Shown here piece by piece: positions 51,467 to 64,000 of a stretch of DNA of 64,000 nt. Positions within the stretch are counted from its first letter, which is position 1, and every line of letters begins with the position of its first letter. A program made the position numbers and the translations under genes. The notes under the pieces are model-generated. The model made no database searches, had not been told where the DNA came from, and saw only the letters and a program-made list of their open reading frames with translations. Origin of the DNA: Phallusia mammillata (lineage: Eukaryota); assembly GCA_965637545.1 (NCBI GenBank), contig OZ281494.1, forward strand, positions 12,400,001 through 12,464,000, written 5' to 3'.

Positions 51467-52330
51467 GGGGTGGCAGGGTTGGCGTGGCTCCCCACTAAAA
51501 ATCTCAGGGTGGCAGCCACTATAAATTTGCTATGCTGCCACCCCAGAAATTGCCTGACTGTATTTATATTCGTACATTACAGATATGGGTGTCTTTCATT
51601 TACATGCGCTCTTTCTAAAGGTCGGTATATTTCGAGCAAGAGAAAAGCAAGCTCCGCGAAATCTCTTCTGTTTTTAAACAACACATGGGGAAAACCCGTT
51701 TTGCGTTACTCGCTTCAGTGATTTCAAGTTTGCTCCACCAAAACAAGTCTGAACAGGACGTAACAACGGCAAATTTCACGTTTTTATGTGTTGTGTATGT
51801 TAATTAGCAGTTGGAGATAATATTGTTACACAGACTTCCATTTCCATGCACGAAAAATTTAATTGCAGCGGCCACCCATGTGCACGAATTTCGTGTCGAA
51901 ACTACAATGCCGATTCGATACTTTTGCAAAATTGAACATGTAAAATTAATTTACAGATCTCTGTTTATGTATCACATGCTACGTTTGCGTTTTGTGCATT
52001 ATGTTACCTTTTGAACCACACTACTACCCAGCACGAGATACACTTTTCCCGCCACTAACCAGTGCACTGTTGTGATCACATAACTAACGCATTGTGACGT
52101 CACACATATAGATGGACGATTTGTGACGTGACTTTCATAGTTGTTACGTCCAAGTTGAGCTTAGTACAGAGTTTAGTACAGAGTAATATACGTGTTTATA
52201 CCCTGCCAATATCCGCGAAACGCCATCTACAAACCTTAACGAGTATCGTGGTGTGGTTTGATCACGTAAGGAACCTGACCAAATTTTGCCACCCCACAAA
52301 AGAAAATTTATTCTAAAAAATCGACGCCTA

Positions 52331-52834
52331 TGGCGATACTATAAACAACACGGCTCCATTACTGAACATTTGCGTACAAGCCAAGTTTGCTTGACTGTTT
52401 AATTCTGAGTGTTGAACTCTTTCTTTGTTAATTTAGCTATTCAGTCGGTTGAAGTAATTTGATCGCAAACTAACTTACTGCAATCAATATTACAATTGAA
52501 ACATAGTTCATAACTAACTACGCGACTGTAAAGCAAAACCTATTGAAAGGAATCAAAACACAAGCACAGGAAGTTCATTTCAATTAAAATGCTTCTACGC
52601 TGCAATGTGTAGTCTAGCTGTATGCACCATCGTATCCTGTTCACAGCCGTTTTTCAGATCAAGGCAACTACGTTTTGTCAATAGCTGAAATTACAGTAAA
52701 CAAACCTACTAGCTGCCTTACTGTGTTACTTCTACTTGATTTTTCGACACTGTGTAACACAGCATGGCAAAATCATTGCACCTTACTTTTCGCAAAGGAC
52801 TTACACAATAGCCTGCAGCAATAGTGGGACCAAA
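52331..52834. repeat. ~500 bp direct duplication, copy 2
   Basis: Copy of 47427-47934, fused directly to the LINE 5' end at ~52844. Confidence 0.9.
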
Positions 52835-52843
52835 GTGTTCTTT

Positions 52844-55800
52844 CACTAGTGTTCTTTTCTCTGTCTCTTCCACCCTCTTGTGGTTTCTCGCTTTTGCCTT
52901 CGCTCCCAAAGCGGCGTCGGAAGAGGATAGCACAGGAGCGCTCCTTCTCTTTCTCGGCGAGCATCCCTGGACTCCGCTTCTCGACCTAGCGTCTGCGAGC
53001 GGCTCTCCGGCTCCTCCCCGATTTTTTCTTTCACTTATCGCCGTGGGCAATTAACCAACTAAGTCTGCCGGCTTTTGCTTTTTTTTGCTTCTTTTTTTGC
53101 CTTCGCCGTTCACAGTCACAACGCACCTCCACGTCACTTAGTACAAACTCTTAAATTTACAAACAGACGTGCACAAACAAGCCACACCCCTGCAAACCCA
53201 CAAACGTAAAAAGTTTGCCCAAAACTTAAGTTATAACAAACCAAACAAATCAAAATGTTATCCGATCAAACTCTCGTTAATCTTCTAAATCGCTTTAAAT
53301 AAAATAACTGTGTAACCCTCACCATTTTTGTTTTATTAGTGTTTAAAAACTCTTTCTTAAATCCCCCTTTATTAATCTTTCTTGTTATTGTCAAATGTGC
53401 GCTACCCTCCCCTTTCCAAAAATTAAATAATGTTCTTACCCCCCATTAAGTCCACTACAAATACATGAACCTGGAACAATACGTAGAAAAGGATAGATCC
53501 TTGCATATAACTGTCACCTCAAAAGATTATTTTGACATCGCTGACTTCATATCCTTTTTTACACGAAATGAGGTTCTCCATTTTTACGAAAAAGCGTTAC
53601 AAGTTGTTAGATGCGTTAACAGGAGAAAATCAATTTTTAAGATCACCTTTCGCAACAATACCTATCCAAAATACAGCGAGCTCTACCGTAAACTCTGTAG
53701 GGGTCAAACTTTCGAAAGCAACGGAAAGGAAGAAGTACCTTTACTTGCCGAAAAAACAACAAAACCAATGACAAAACTAACTCTGTACCCGGTCCCTCTT
53801 GAGCTAAACAAAAACATTGGATACATATCTGCGACTACCCCGAATGGGGAAGGTACTATAAACATACCTTAGAGGGCACTGGGCAAACGAATGTACAAAG
53901 AAAGACAAATGCCAACTGTGTAAAATCCTGACCACAAGCTCCCAGACTGTCATTTTGCCTCCGCATTTAATGAAACGGACTCAAGCACAAACAAACAGAC
54001 ACAAAAAAACTAAAAAGCAGGAAAAGAAACAAAAAAACAAACAATGGACTCCACTTGGCTTCAAATTCAACTTAAAGGAACTAGACTATCTTCTTCCACT
54101 CATGCTGAAATTTTAAGACCAAAAAGTAAGAATTCTAAATCAAAACAAAAACCCTGAAGCAGAAACCCCAAAACAGGCAATCGAGGATCTCACAAAAACA
54201 GATACTTCAAAAACCCAATCATCAGAACGCTCATCTTCAAAAGCAAATACAGAATCCGAGTCTTCTTCTAAAAAAGGTCAGCCCAACCTTAAGGAATCTT
54301 TTCGTTTTCGGAGCAGCAAAAAATATCCATTTTCGGACTTACTCCAGTCTTCCAATTGTGATACACCTTGCCTTATCCTCCGCTTATCGTATTAAAAACG
54401 ATACCTTAATTTGGCGACAAACTATAAAAAATTACTCCTAACTGACTGTTTAAGACACTTTTACCCCACCAAAAAAATCTATACACGAATAGCAAATACC
54501 TCTGCAACACGACTGGACCGCATATATTGCAATACAGACCTTCTGAGTAAACTATCCAAATTTAAACACAATCAAATCACGTTTCTCTGATCATCGTTAC
54601 GCACCAACGGCCACTTTCATTTTTAATTGAAACAAAAGATGGGCAAAATCTCATTGGAAACTAAATTTAAGTCATTTCAACGACCCTTATTATATCACTT
54701 TAATAGGAAACCTAATACTAAATTTCGAAAACGAAAAAGATGAAATAGATGACACCTTAAAATGGTGGGAAACCTTAAAACAGAAAATAAAGAAAGCATC
54801 AATTACGTTCTCAATTGAAAAGAAAAAGAGCGAAAACAAAGTCAACGCACAAACTCAAAACGAACTCGACAAATTAGCCGCAAATTTAGACCCAAACAAT
54901 TTGGAAAACAACATTGAATTCGTAACACTTAAAAAGAAAATAAAAGCGCAACAAGATAGTACAATCCCAAATAATTAATGACATCCATAACTTCTATTTG
55001 AAACTTTGGCAAAATAAAAGTCTTTTCCTATCAAATGCTAAAACTGACCCCGAACATAACCTATCCGAATTTAAAACGTTAACTCTAAACGAAATAGAAC
55101 TTTCAATCAGCGAAATGAATTTAAATTCATCGCCAGGCAAAGACGGCCTCCCAATTGAATTTTATCGTAAATTTTGGCCCGCACTTAAATTAAATTTTCG
55201 AAATGCCCCCTTCATTTAGAAACGCGCTAGCAAAACTAATTTCAAAACTCAATGTAGCTGTGCTACTCTAAGCTGTGACCGAATCCCTCATCACAACAAT
55301 TAATAACAATCCAAAAATCAACGGAATTAAAATTGGCCCAATACAAACAAAATTACAACAATACGCGGACGATACAACTTTTATTATTTCGGACCACTCT
55401 TCACTGAATGAAATTTTTAATCAAATGAAATTATACGAATTGGCGACTGGTCAAAAATTAATAAAAATAAAACTGAAATTATCTCTTTGTCGAACAATTT
55501 GAGATCAGACATTAACTTAATTTTCCCGCAATTCGTTGAAATCGAAGTAAAAATGTTAGGAATAATTTGCACAAATCAAAATTGGCAAACAACCAAAAAT
55601 TGGAAAAAATTCATTAATTATGCCCGCAATATTACGTCCAAATTCATTAATCGTAAACTGACGCTAGTAGGAAAAAAAAATTATAAACACTCTAATAATC
55701 CCGCGAATCTTATTTTTGGCGCGACCCTTTTCCCCTCCCTAAAACATTTTAAAAGAACTAAATTACATTATATTCCAATTCTTTTGGCAACCAAATAAAA

Positions 55801-56520
55801 TATAACAACTCTCCAGAAATAAATTAATAGCGCAATTTAATGACGGTGGTTTAAAAATGACAGACTTACAATCCAAAATTAACGCAACTCAAATAGAAAA
55901 ACTATTTACACTTAGGCTTCAAACTACGAAACATCAAACCGACCCTTTTTGATAATACTAAACCCAGTGCTTGGAAAAAATAAAGATTGGCAAAATATTT
56001 ACGACCTCTACAAAATTTTAACCGAAATAAACGACGACTTTAATTAGACAATGAAACCAATTTTTAATAATTTGAACCGTCAATTCATTTACCTTGCGAT
56101 ACACAACGCATTTAAATGGGAAGAATTTCGGCAAAAAAGTCAAATGTACCAAACAAAAACCGGAAGAACTCTTTAATATACTGTAAATTTTGTAGGCAAA
56201 GTACGGATAATATAAAGCATCTCTTAACGCAATGTCGTGTTTCAAATCCAATCCTTACGCATCTCAAATGGATTCTTTCCAATTGGCATAATTTCAAATT
56301 CGAACCCAATCCAAATTTAATTCTACAATTTTTTTACGACAATAATGTCCCGTTACTATCAGTTAAAACAATTGCGACACAAAATTATATATCTTTAAAT
56401 TCAGACAAGGCTACAGACATACTTTCAGTGACATTACGCTTACCAAGCTATTAAAGGACCGGAGTCATTTCAATGCAAGCGATCAGTAGAAGGTCTGTAA
56501 ACACAGAATCAAATAAACAT
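52844..56520 (+). mobile_element. Degenerate, internally deleted L1/Tx1-clade non-LTR retrotransposon
   Basis: ORF1 remnant, then ORF2 pieces SSPGKDGLPIEFYRKFW, INGIKI...QYADDTTF (RT), GGLKM.D and a C-terminal CKFC......IKHLLTQC zinc motif. Many frameshifts and stops. Confidence 0.88.
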
Positions 56521-57543
56521 CACTTAATCACACTAGCGACGGACGGCAAAACTTTAAGCAACAATAATCTTACTGGAATAACACAGTTCGGTTCAGACAA
56601 AACACGTGGGTGGACGACGGCGGAATTCACGTCTGAATAAAGGTTTCACATAAATTCAAATCCGAAATGTTAACAACAAGGTTTAAACATATGCTTACCG
56701 GTCACTAAGATGTACAAGTCACACATTGGACGATTCAGTTTTTAAACAGCATAATTTTCCTGTTTATTACACACACAAAACAAACACAGCTGACCAGTTA
56801 TAAAACGCATGCACACGCTGTAAGTTCCAGGCACTAATAAACAGGCCTCGCTTTCAAGACGTGATACCAACAAACAATGCCAAGGTTGTGACATCACTGC
56901 GTCATACACAGGAATCAAGGCTACTGGCCGGAAACATAGAAAACATAAACATATGTATGTACAAGGCGATGTAACACCAAACTCGACTAGAAAAAAACCC
57001 ATCTGATTTGTTTTGGGTTTCAGAGGAAATTGTTTTCGAGCACGTTACATATACTTCCTTAGCTATAAGCCAATGCCACTAACATACTTCCAGGAACAGT
57101 TTCTTGTTTTTTTGTTTTTGGGCGTTGGCAGTAGTCGGTAATATCAGCAACTCGATAGGTGCCACAAAACGGTACCTAGGGCCGAATGCAGCCACCAGGA
57201 TTATCACCAAATCTCGGATAATTTACGATCGGTTGATACCGCTAAACTGAGTTTCTGCATATTTTCTGCATACCGAGCAGGACAGGCTTTCGACCTGGGG
57301 ATCGGCTGTCCCTTGATTAGCACAAAGCCATGATAAGAGATAATCTGTATTCTGACCACCGGTGGCAAAATGGGCAAATCGGCAAAATTTGCATTCTGAT
57401 TACTGGTGTCAAAATATGCAAAACAGAACTAGTTTGGTCAAATCAAACATTTTATTTATTTAGGAAATATGCATCAGTTTGGAGTTGTGCTAAAGACAGG
57501 CATGTTCAAAAACCAACCAATAGGAGCATTTAATTGTTGAATC

Positions 57544-58041
57544 CAGGGAGAACCGGAACTGAACCCGAGCCCGCGAACCGGTTTGAGCGGTTAATTTCAT
57601 TAAACCCGAACCGAACCCGAACCGCAAATTACGATTTCCTAAAAACCCGAACCGGAGTTGAACCCTATATTTTGTTTGACGTTAAACCCAAACCGGAACC
57701 GAACCAGTAAAAGTGCAGTTTGTTTTATATTTTTGGATTTCTTTTTCAACACAGCCCACTGAAGAATACGCAAGATAACACTTATAGGGCGTTTCAAATA
57801 TAACAGTACACGGTCAACTTTTTTTAAAATTTTATAAGGCCGGGTAGATGATGGGTAGAATTCAATTAAAGCAAATGAACATTTGAACCGGTTCGGACCG
57901 GATAATTTGCCCAAACCGGAGCAAAACCCAAACCCGAAAATAATCATTTTTAAAACCTGAACCGAACCCGAACCCCTAAAAACAAATCAAAGTAAACCCG
58001 AACCGAACCTAAACCCATATGACAAGCGGTTCGACTCCCTG
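57544..58041. mobile_element. hAT-like MITE with internal AACCCG/AACCG repeats
   Basis: Ends cagggagaaccg / cggttcgactccctg. Perfect 8-bp TSD gttgaatc at 57536-57543 and 58042-58049. Confidence 0.85.
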
Positions 58042-58099
58042 GTTGAATCACATCTATAAAAACTTACATTCGGGTTGATGTTGAATAGTCAAGTGAACA

Positions 58100-58660
58100 A
58101 TAAAGGATGAAAAGGGTTTGTCTCTGAGTCAGAGTGAAGTAAAAGAAGAGGAAACAAGAGCAGTGGACGAAAAAGGGATCAGAGATCGGCCGACGTGGAG
58201 GAAGTCTTTGGACTTTTTAGTTTCGGCGATTGGGTTGAACGTTGGGCTTGCGTATGTTTGGAGGCCTTAATAGCGAAACATGTAACATAATTCCGTTAAT
58301 CATCCGCGCCATACCGCAACATTGGAGTAGGATTTTTTTAAATGTGCTTTGATTTAAAATAAATCGGACTCTACTTTTGCACATTTAAGGGTATTGGCCG
58401 GTCTTCGAAGGTAAAATTTGAAATATTATTCCCTTCATATAACAACAATTTTCGTTTACGTCATAATGCAGATTGTCTACGTCACAGCGACTCTTCCCTT
58501 TCTTTTTATTTTCGTCATCCTCATACGGAGTTTGCTGCTGGAGGGCGCTAGTGAGGGGATTAAGTTTTTCTTTTCCGAAGTTCCTCTTCAAGGTCTTTTA
58601 AGCAAAATCGTTTGTCATTTTTTATCAACAACAAAGAAGAAAAGCTTTGTCCGCACAAGT
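58100..58660 (+). pseudogene. Second SLC6 paralogue, fragmentary pseudogene
   Basis: DRPTWRKSLDFLVSAIGLNVGLAYVWRP* (TM1 with the Phe codon lost and a stop) at ~58180-58270. IVYVTATLPFLFIFVILIRSLLLEGASEGIKFF (TM5-EL3) follows acceptor taatgcag| at ~58471. TM2-TM4 exons are not found between them. Confidence 0.75.
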
Positions 58661-58733
58661 AAGTTGTGCAGAAATGAAGCAAAATTTCAGTAGCTGCGTT
58701 CAAATTTTTTCGAAAGATTAAAAAGCATTAAGC

Positions 58734-59289
58734 CAGGGGTATCAAACTTCTTTGAGGGCCAAAAACATTTTTTACGTTAGTCAAGGACCACATCATTGGA
58801 ATTTTTTGTAAACGTAATATGAACAAAAATATTATGTGCCTAAAAATGTTGTGCGTTTATGCCATTTAATGTTCATAAAACATTTGTAATGCAATAAACA
58901 AGAAACTGATACACAGGACAGGATAGCAAAGTTTAAAAAAGTGCAATAAACTAATGGACAATGGCACACAATGACGAAACAATTAAAACATTTGACGCAA
59001 CAATTGGAATTGCTGATTCTCAAAAAGATGGGTTATTTCCATTATACCAGTGGTTCCCAACCGGGGAGGAATTTTATGGGTTCAGGGGAGGAATTTTATA
59101 AAAACTGCAAAAAAATTACATTGAAAATGTTACAGAAATTTTGTATATACTAGTGGTTCCCAACGGGGAGGAATTCCTCCCTAGGGAGGAATTTTATGAG
59201 TTCAGGGGAGGAATTTCATAAAAATAGTTCACGAGCCGCATTAAAACCCTCTTAAAAGGCCACACCGGGTCGCGTGTTTGAGACCCCTG
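58734..59289. mobile_element. hAT-type MITE containing partial cagtggttcccaac ends of another element
   Basis: TIRs caggggtatcaaac / gtttgagacccctg. Perfect TSD cattaagc. Confidence 0.88.
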
Positions 59290-59342
59290 CATTAAGCCAA
59301 TATAAAGTATATTACGACGTGACAAAACATGAGTGTTTGGTC

Positions 59343-59766
59343 CAGTGGTTCTCAAACTTTTTCATTATTTATTTTCTAAACTGTCCATTTGCCATTATTT
59401 CGAGGGCTAGCGGTCCTTAAGCCTGAATGTGTATTTCAGAAAAACGAAAGTTGATTTCAGGATTGTAGCTGGGTATGCAAAATTGCGCATAACAATGTTG
59501 CAAAGACAGCATTTGACATCACAGACAAGACAAAAAAAACTTTACAGGTGTCTGCGACCCATGCATTTTTGTTACTTGTTATACAAAAAAGGCTATTGTC
59601 TAGCAATGGAGAAAGTCGATTCTCAATTCTACTTTGATTGAACTGATTCAGTGGCACAAAACTGACGCCAAATAATATTGTAGAATTACTTCAACCTTTT
59701 CGCGGTCCCCCAAAAATTGCCTCACGGACCCCTAAAGGACCGGGGACCGCAGTACGAGAAACACTG
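59343..59766. mobile_element. hAT-type MITE (same family as 48038-48410)
   Basis: Left TIR cagtggttctcaaac, colinear internal homology to 48038-48410, TSD gtttggtc / gtttagtc. Confidence 0.85.
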
Positions 59767-61464
59767 GTTTAGTCAGTAGTGTAGCTTCAGTTTGGTGTTG
59801 TAAACTGTATCATTTACTATAATGTTAAAATACACAAAAACCAAAATTTCAAAAGCTACGGATTTGGGGCGGCACACCCAGCATCGACTTGCGACACAGC
59901 GGTTGCGGAGCACTGGTATAGGCGAAGGTAATGTTTGTTTTATCACAGTATACCTGGCCTATAAGATGTGAAATTAATCGTGGTTAACAGGAATTTTCGT
60001 TACCATCCTAGGCGCGATATAAAATATGATTGTGTCGTTATCGTAAAATACGCCCTCATATGTACTATGCACATCTGTTTTTTTTGTAGAATAAGATTTT
60101 CTTGTTATGCGCAAAATATATCATTATCTTCTGACATGGTTTGTTACTTAAGGTTAAACGCAAAGCAAATATTTGTATCAGCCATAACAATTTTTGCCCT
60201 ACCTATCACAATGCACTTTACGGGAAAACTTTTTAGGGAAAAAATTATCATTTTATACCCTTGTTATATTCACAAGTGAGGTTGCTGAGTGCCATCATCG
60301 TTAGTTTTTTTCTGGTTTTTGTGTTTTCGACTAAAACGTTTTTGTGTGTTTGATTTAGTTACTGGCTGCACAGAAGATAGACGATGAACCAGCATCCGGG
60401 TTACCAACCACATCTGCATCTAATAACAAAGAAACGCTGCTGTGGCCTCAATCTTACGTTCAGTCTTATCAACTATACTGGCTTACTATTACCTGGATGT
60501 TATGCTTTACATAGTTTTTGAGCAGGAAAAAGCTTTAATTTTGGATTTTCTGAGAACATAAAGCTATTTACAATTAGGTCTAGTTTAGCCGTTTGCACTA
60601 ACAAAACAAGCATTTATTCAAATTATTTCTGCAGAATCTTTGGACTGTTGCAGAATCTTTAACAAACGCCTTTAAACGGAACAAACTTGGATGTAAATTG
60701 TCTTTGATGTAAGTGACTATGGTGTTTTTCCAATGAAGTTCCAACACTGTCACACCCTTTTCTTCAAACGTCGCAAATTTCGTTTTAGTTGGTCGAATGT
60801 CAAACACATAAACTTGACTGTTTGACTTGTTACTGACTTGTAAAACTTGTTACTGATTCTCAATATTTGAACTTTAGAGTTTTTGGAGTGGAGTTTTTAG
60901 TAAAAATAATATGTGAATGAGGTTTGGTCGAAATGTATTTGGACAGGATGAAAACGCATCATATCTTTCTACATACGAAAAATGCTCTCCGCACTCGAAA
61001 CAAAACATCGATATTGTAATGAATAAAAACGCAGTCGCAGTTGGCAAAACACTAATTAAACATATTTCAAAATTGGTTCCGTTGTATTCGCGGTAACCTG
61101 TTTTTTTACCCTTAGAACAGAGGAAACACAAAATTTTAATACTCGTTTTCCTCTGATTGATTTTCATAGTTGAAGAAAGTTTTCTCTAACTCTATCTTAT
61201 TTTTATCACATTGTTGCATAGATAAGAGACGACGAAAATTACTTTCGCCGTTTTACGGTTGGTCGAATATGAAAATAATACAGTCACGTTCTTAACCAAT
61301 CACATGAAACTTGCTGAATATTTAAATTCTTATGACTGATTTTAAGCACCTCTTGCTTAATATCGCAACCATGTAAAGTTTGCAGTACATGTTGATAAGT
61401 TTGTCTTTGGTTGACATGCATTGCATCTGGTGGAAAACGCATCGTAGTTTGTCTTATCTCAAAA

Positions 61465-63604
61465 TCCAATCTCAAACTTGAAGTTAAAAAAGCGGTGTAA
61501 ATAATCTTGCTTTTGTACCATAAAAAATTGCTTTGATTAATCGCCACAGTGACAGGATGCTTGAGACATTAAAATTTGCACGATTTTTGTGGTAATGCAT
61601 CCGTTTTTGACACACGAAACCCAAGTGACTGCCAAGAATTTAAAATAGCCACATCATATCCTCATGACCTTTCATACCAAAGAATCCCGTGTTGTAAACG
61701 ACACGGCACGCTGGTGGATGCATCGGCAGTACAAAGGTTACCACATAGCCCTGTTCTTCGTTGGTTTCCGCAATTACCTTTTATGTACTTTAACCCAGAA
61801 AACGTACAAGCTGTGACACTTCGTGTAAGACCTACTTTCTATGCAAACTTAATTAATGTCTAATAAATGCGGTTCATAAGCTGCTAAAACTATCAACCAC
61901 TTCAAAATTGTTGCAAAAAGAAAAACAATCGAACTGACAGCTATGAAAAAATACCGAAACGACAGTAAACGTTTCGCAGCAGACATAATATAAGTACCAG
62001 GTCACCTTAAATGGGTTTAGTCAGTCATTTTCTACAAGCAATTACAACTTTCTAAGAAATTTTAGCTTTAAAACATAATTTCGTAGAATTAAAGACAAAA
62101 AACAAACTGTTTCTTAACAAATCGTGTTAAAATCTGCTGACTTGGCAGATTAAGTGCGGAAATTGCAGAAAAATGACTACATGAAATCGTGAAGAGCAAT
62201 TGTCCGCATAACGATAGGGGACGGATGGTCTGTGTTGTCTTTTAAGGTAAAACGAGAGCGTTTAATGCCCTTTGCATTTGGCACAAGTGCAAAAATTGTA
62301 ATACATCGTGCTGGTGCGAAGTCCGCAAGAAAAAAGTTGCATAAAATTCAGCGCATGGATAAAGATCTTCACTTTTATGTACAAGGCATGTTCAGATGAA
62401 TTAAAGGCAAGATTAGCATGTTTTTGAATTGTTCTCTAATTGAAAGCTTTATTTCCCAGTATATTGGACCTGTTTGATTTCCAGTATATTGGACCTGTTT
62501 GAAGAATTGTTTTTGTGAAATATTGCTCTAAAAATAGATGAACAGTTGAAATATATAAAAAGGCGCGTTTGAAGATCAGAGTTTTAGTAGTAAGAAAGAA
62601 TATTTTCTTTAGACTGTTACTAAGCGTCGCATTGTTGCTAATGGAAAGTTATTGTTGATTGCATTGTCAATAATGGAAGTTATTGTTGATTTTGTATCGT
62701 TTAAAAGCAAATGTCTCCAAAATTGCTTGGTGTACTGAACATCACATATGCGTTTACGCAAGTAAACAAAACTCTATACTTGGTAGCAATGTTACTCATC
62801 TAACGTTTCACGTGTAATCAAAACGAGGTCGAATCACAGTTACAAGTGCATATGACGTCTTCATGTGAAGTGCATGTGCCCGCAGGCGAAAGGTGACGGG
62901 TTATCGGGTCAGAATCACGCTGTTTTGCAAATTTATCGCTGATTCATAAGTTGTGAATCAAATTTTTAGTTGAAACAAATGTATAACTGTCTTTGGTGCC
63001 TAACGGTTTGCTGATGTCGATTTTGGCTTTGTTTTTTTCTTTACTTAAATCTAAAAATATTTTATCTAACCTTTTATTGCAAAACTTAAAAGTCGGGCTA
63101 CTCCAATAAAAAGCGAATTGGTAAAATGATAGAAATAAACTTACTTATCTAATTTGTATGCATAATATACGAAACTAGATGAAAACCTTTCTTCGGGAAT
63201 CTTTCAGTTTATGCTAAAAGGACCCAATGTAGATCTAATTCAATGTAAAACCACAAACTTGTTCCCTGCAACGCAACGACCAATAATAAATTACCGGGTA
63301 AACTTGATTTGCCAAATAAATGTTGACTTTAGCGGTTGGAAAATAAGTTTCCGAACCGCGCGTGCGGTCTCCACTCCCTGCACAAAACCGCCAATGTTAT
63401 ATTTAGTAGCGATGTCTTTATTAAACTTTGTACAATGGCGACATTTTAACAAAGAGCGTCGTTATGCCGATGCACCGAATAAAAAGATGATGCTATTGAT
63501 AATGTCATTGCAAAACATTTTCCCTATTTTAGCACTTTTTGAAATCTTTCGGAACACAGTTTTGTTGAAACATTGTTATTGCCCTTTGGTCCTACTTTTT
63601 TTGA
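61465..63604. repeat. Unclassified ~2.1 kb dispersed repeat, copy B
   Basis: Colinear homology to 38570-40688. It may extend further left (60500-61460) as an unaligned internal part. Confidence 0.85.
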
Positions 63605-64000
63605 AACGTCACTTTTTATAAATGTCAAGTTGTATTGCGTTACGAAAATAGAAATCCTTGCAAAATGATTTCAGCTGATTGCCATTTTCTGAATATAAAT
63701 GTCAACAATCTATTTTTTTTTTATTCGCAGAGGTATGACTCACCAAGGTGAGAGATCAAACCGATGGGTCAAAACCTTGCCGATTTGTTCGCTATGACGA
63801 GAGCAAATTAGTGATGGCGCATGTGGCAAGGCTGGTACGCTTATGTCGCTGACTCATAACGGATGAAGGAAAAAAGTTTGCGTTGCTTATAAACACGACT
63901 TTAGGGCTGGATTAGCACAGTTGATTAGTAAAGTGTCGAAAGCTTTGCAACAGGAAATTTGTCTGGCGTTTTTAACACGTTGTTTCTTGTTTGTCTGTTT

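Noticed and set aside
51470-52330. Element with a right end ...aaaatcgacgcctatg and ctgccacccc motifs
   Set aside because: Only one terminus is visible. Likely a truncated DNA transposon, but boundaries are not supportable.
57100-57330. Minus-strand LSCSVCRKY resembling a hAT/ZNF862-type zinc finger
   Set aside because: Too short and interrupted by stops to support a call.
60370-60520. Possible further SLC6 exon (LYWLTITWMLCF, TM4-like)
   Set aside because: Weak similarity, and out of order relative to the TM5 fragment at 58470.

Overview
Eukaryotic, AT-rich, small-intron genomic DNA. It is most consistent with an ascidian/tunicate-like invertebrate chordate; this is inferred from intron size and the form of the TR gene, not proven. 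The left ~38 kb is gene-dense, with three intact-looking co-directional + strand genes. (1) A thyroid hormone receptor (TR/NR1A) orthologue at 2698-5378, with a degenerate hormone pocket, no intact AF-2 and a ~150 aa C-terminal extension. (2) A single ~65-exon, ~3,700 aa lactase-phlorizin-hydrolase-like gene at 7045-32640, encoding a signal peptide, SEVEN tandem GH1 domains, a Thr-rich stalk, a TM helix and a short tail. Domains 1, 3, 6 and 7 keep both catalytic Glu. Domains 2 and 5 lost both, and domain 4 has Asp at both positions. (3) An 11-exon GABA/taurine/creatine-subfamily SLC6 transporter at 33673-38060 with an atypical substrate pocket. The right ~26 kb is a decayed, TE-rich zone. It holds two copies of an unclassified ~2.1 kb repeat, an orphan intron-containing copy of two LPH exons, a Gypsy gag split by a LINE 3' end, a disabled hydroxylysine-kinase-like gene plus a duplicate fragment, many hAT MITEs (some nested, with 8-bp TSDs), duplicated L1/Tx1-like LINE remnants and a second, pseudogenised SLC6. 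Exon boundaries were derived by hand and may be off by a few bases.
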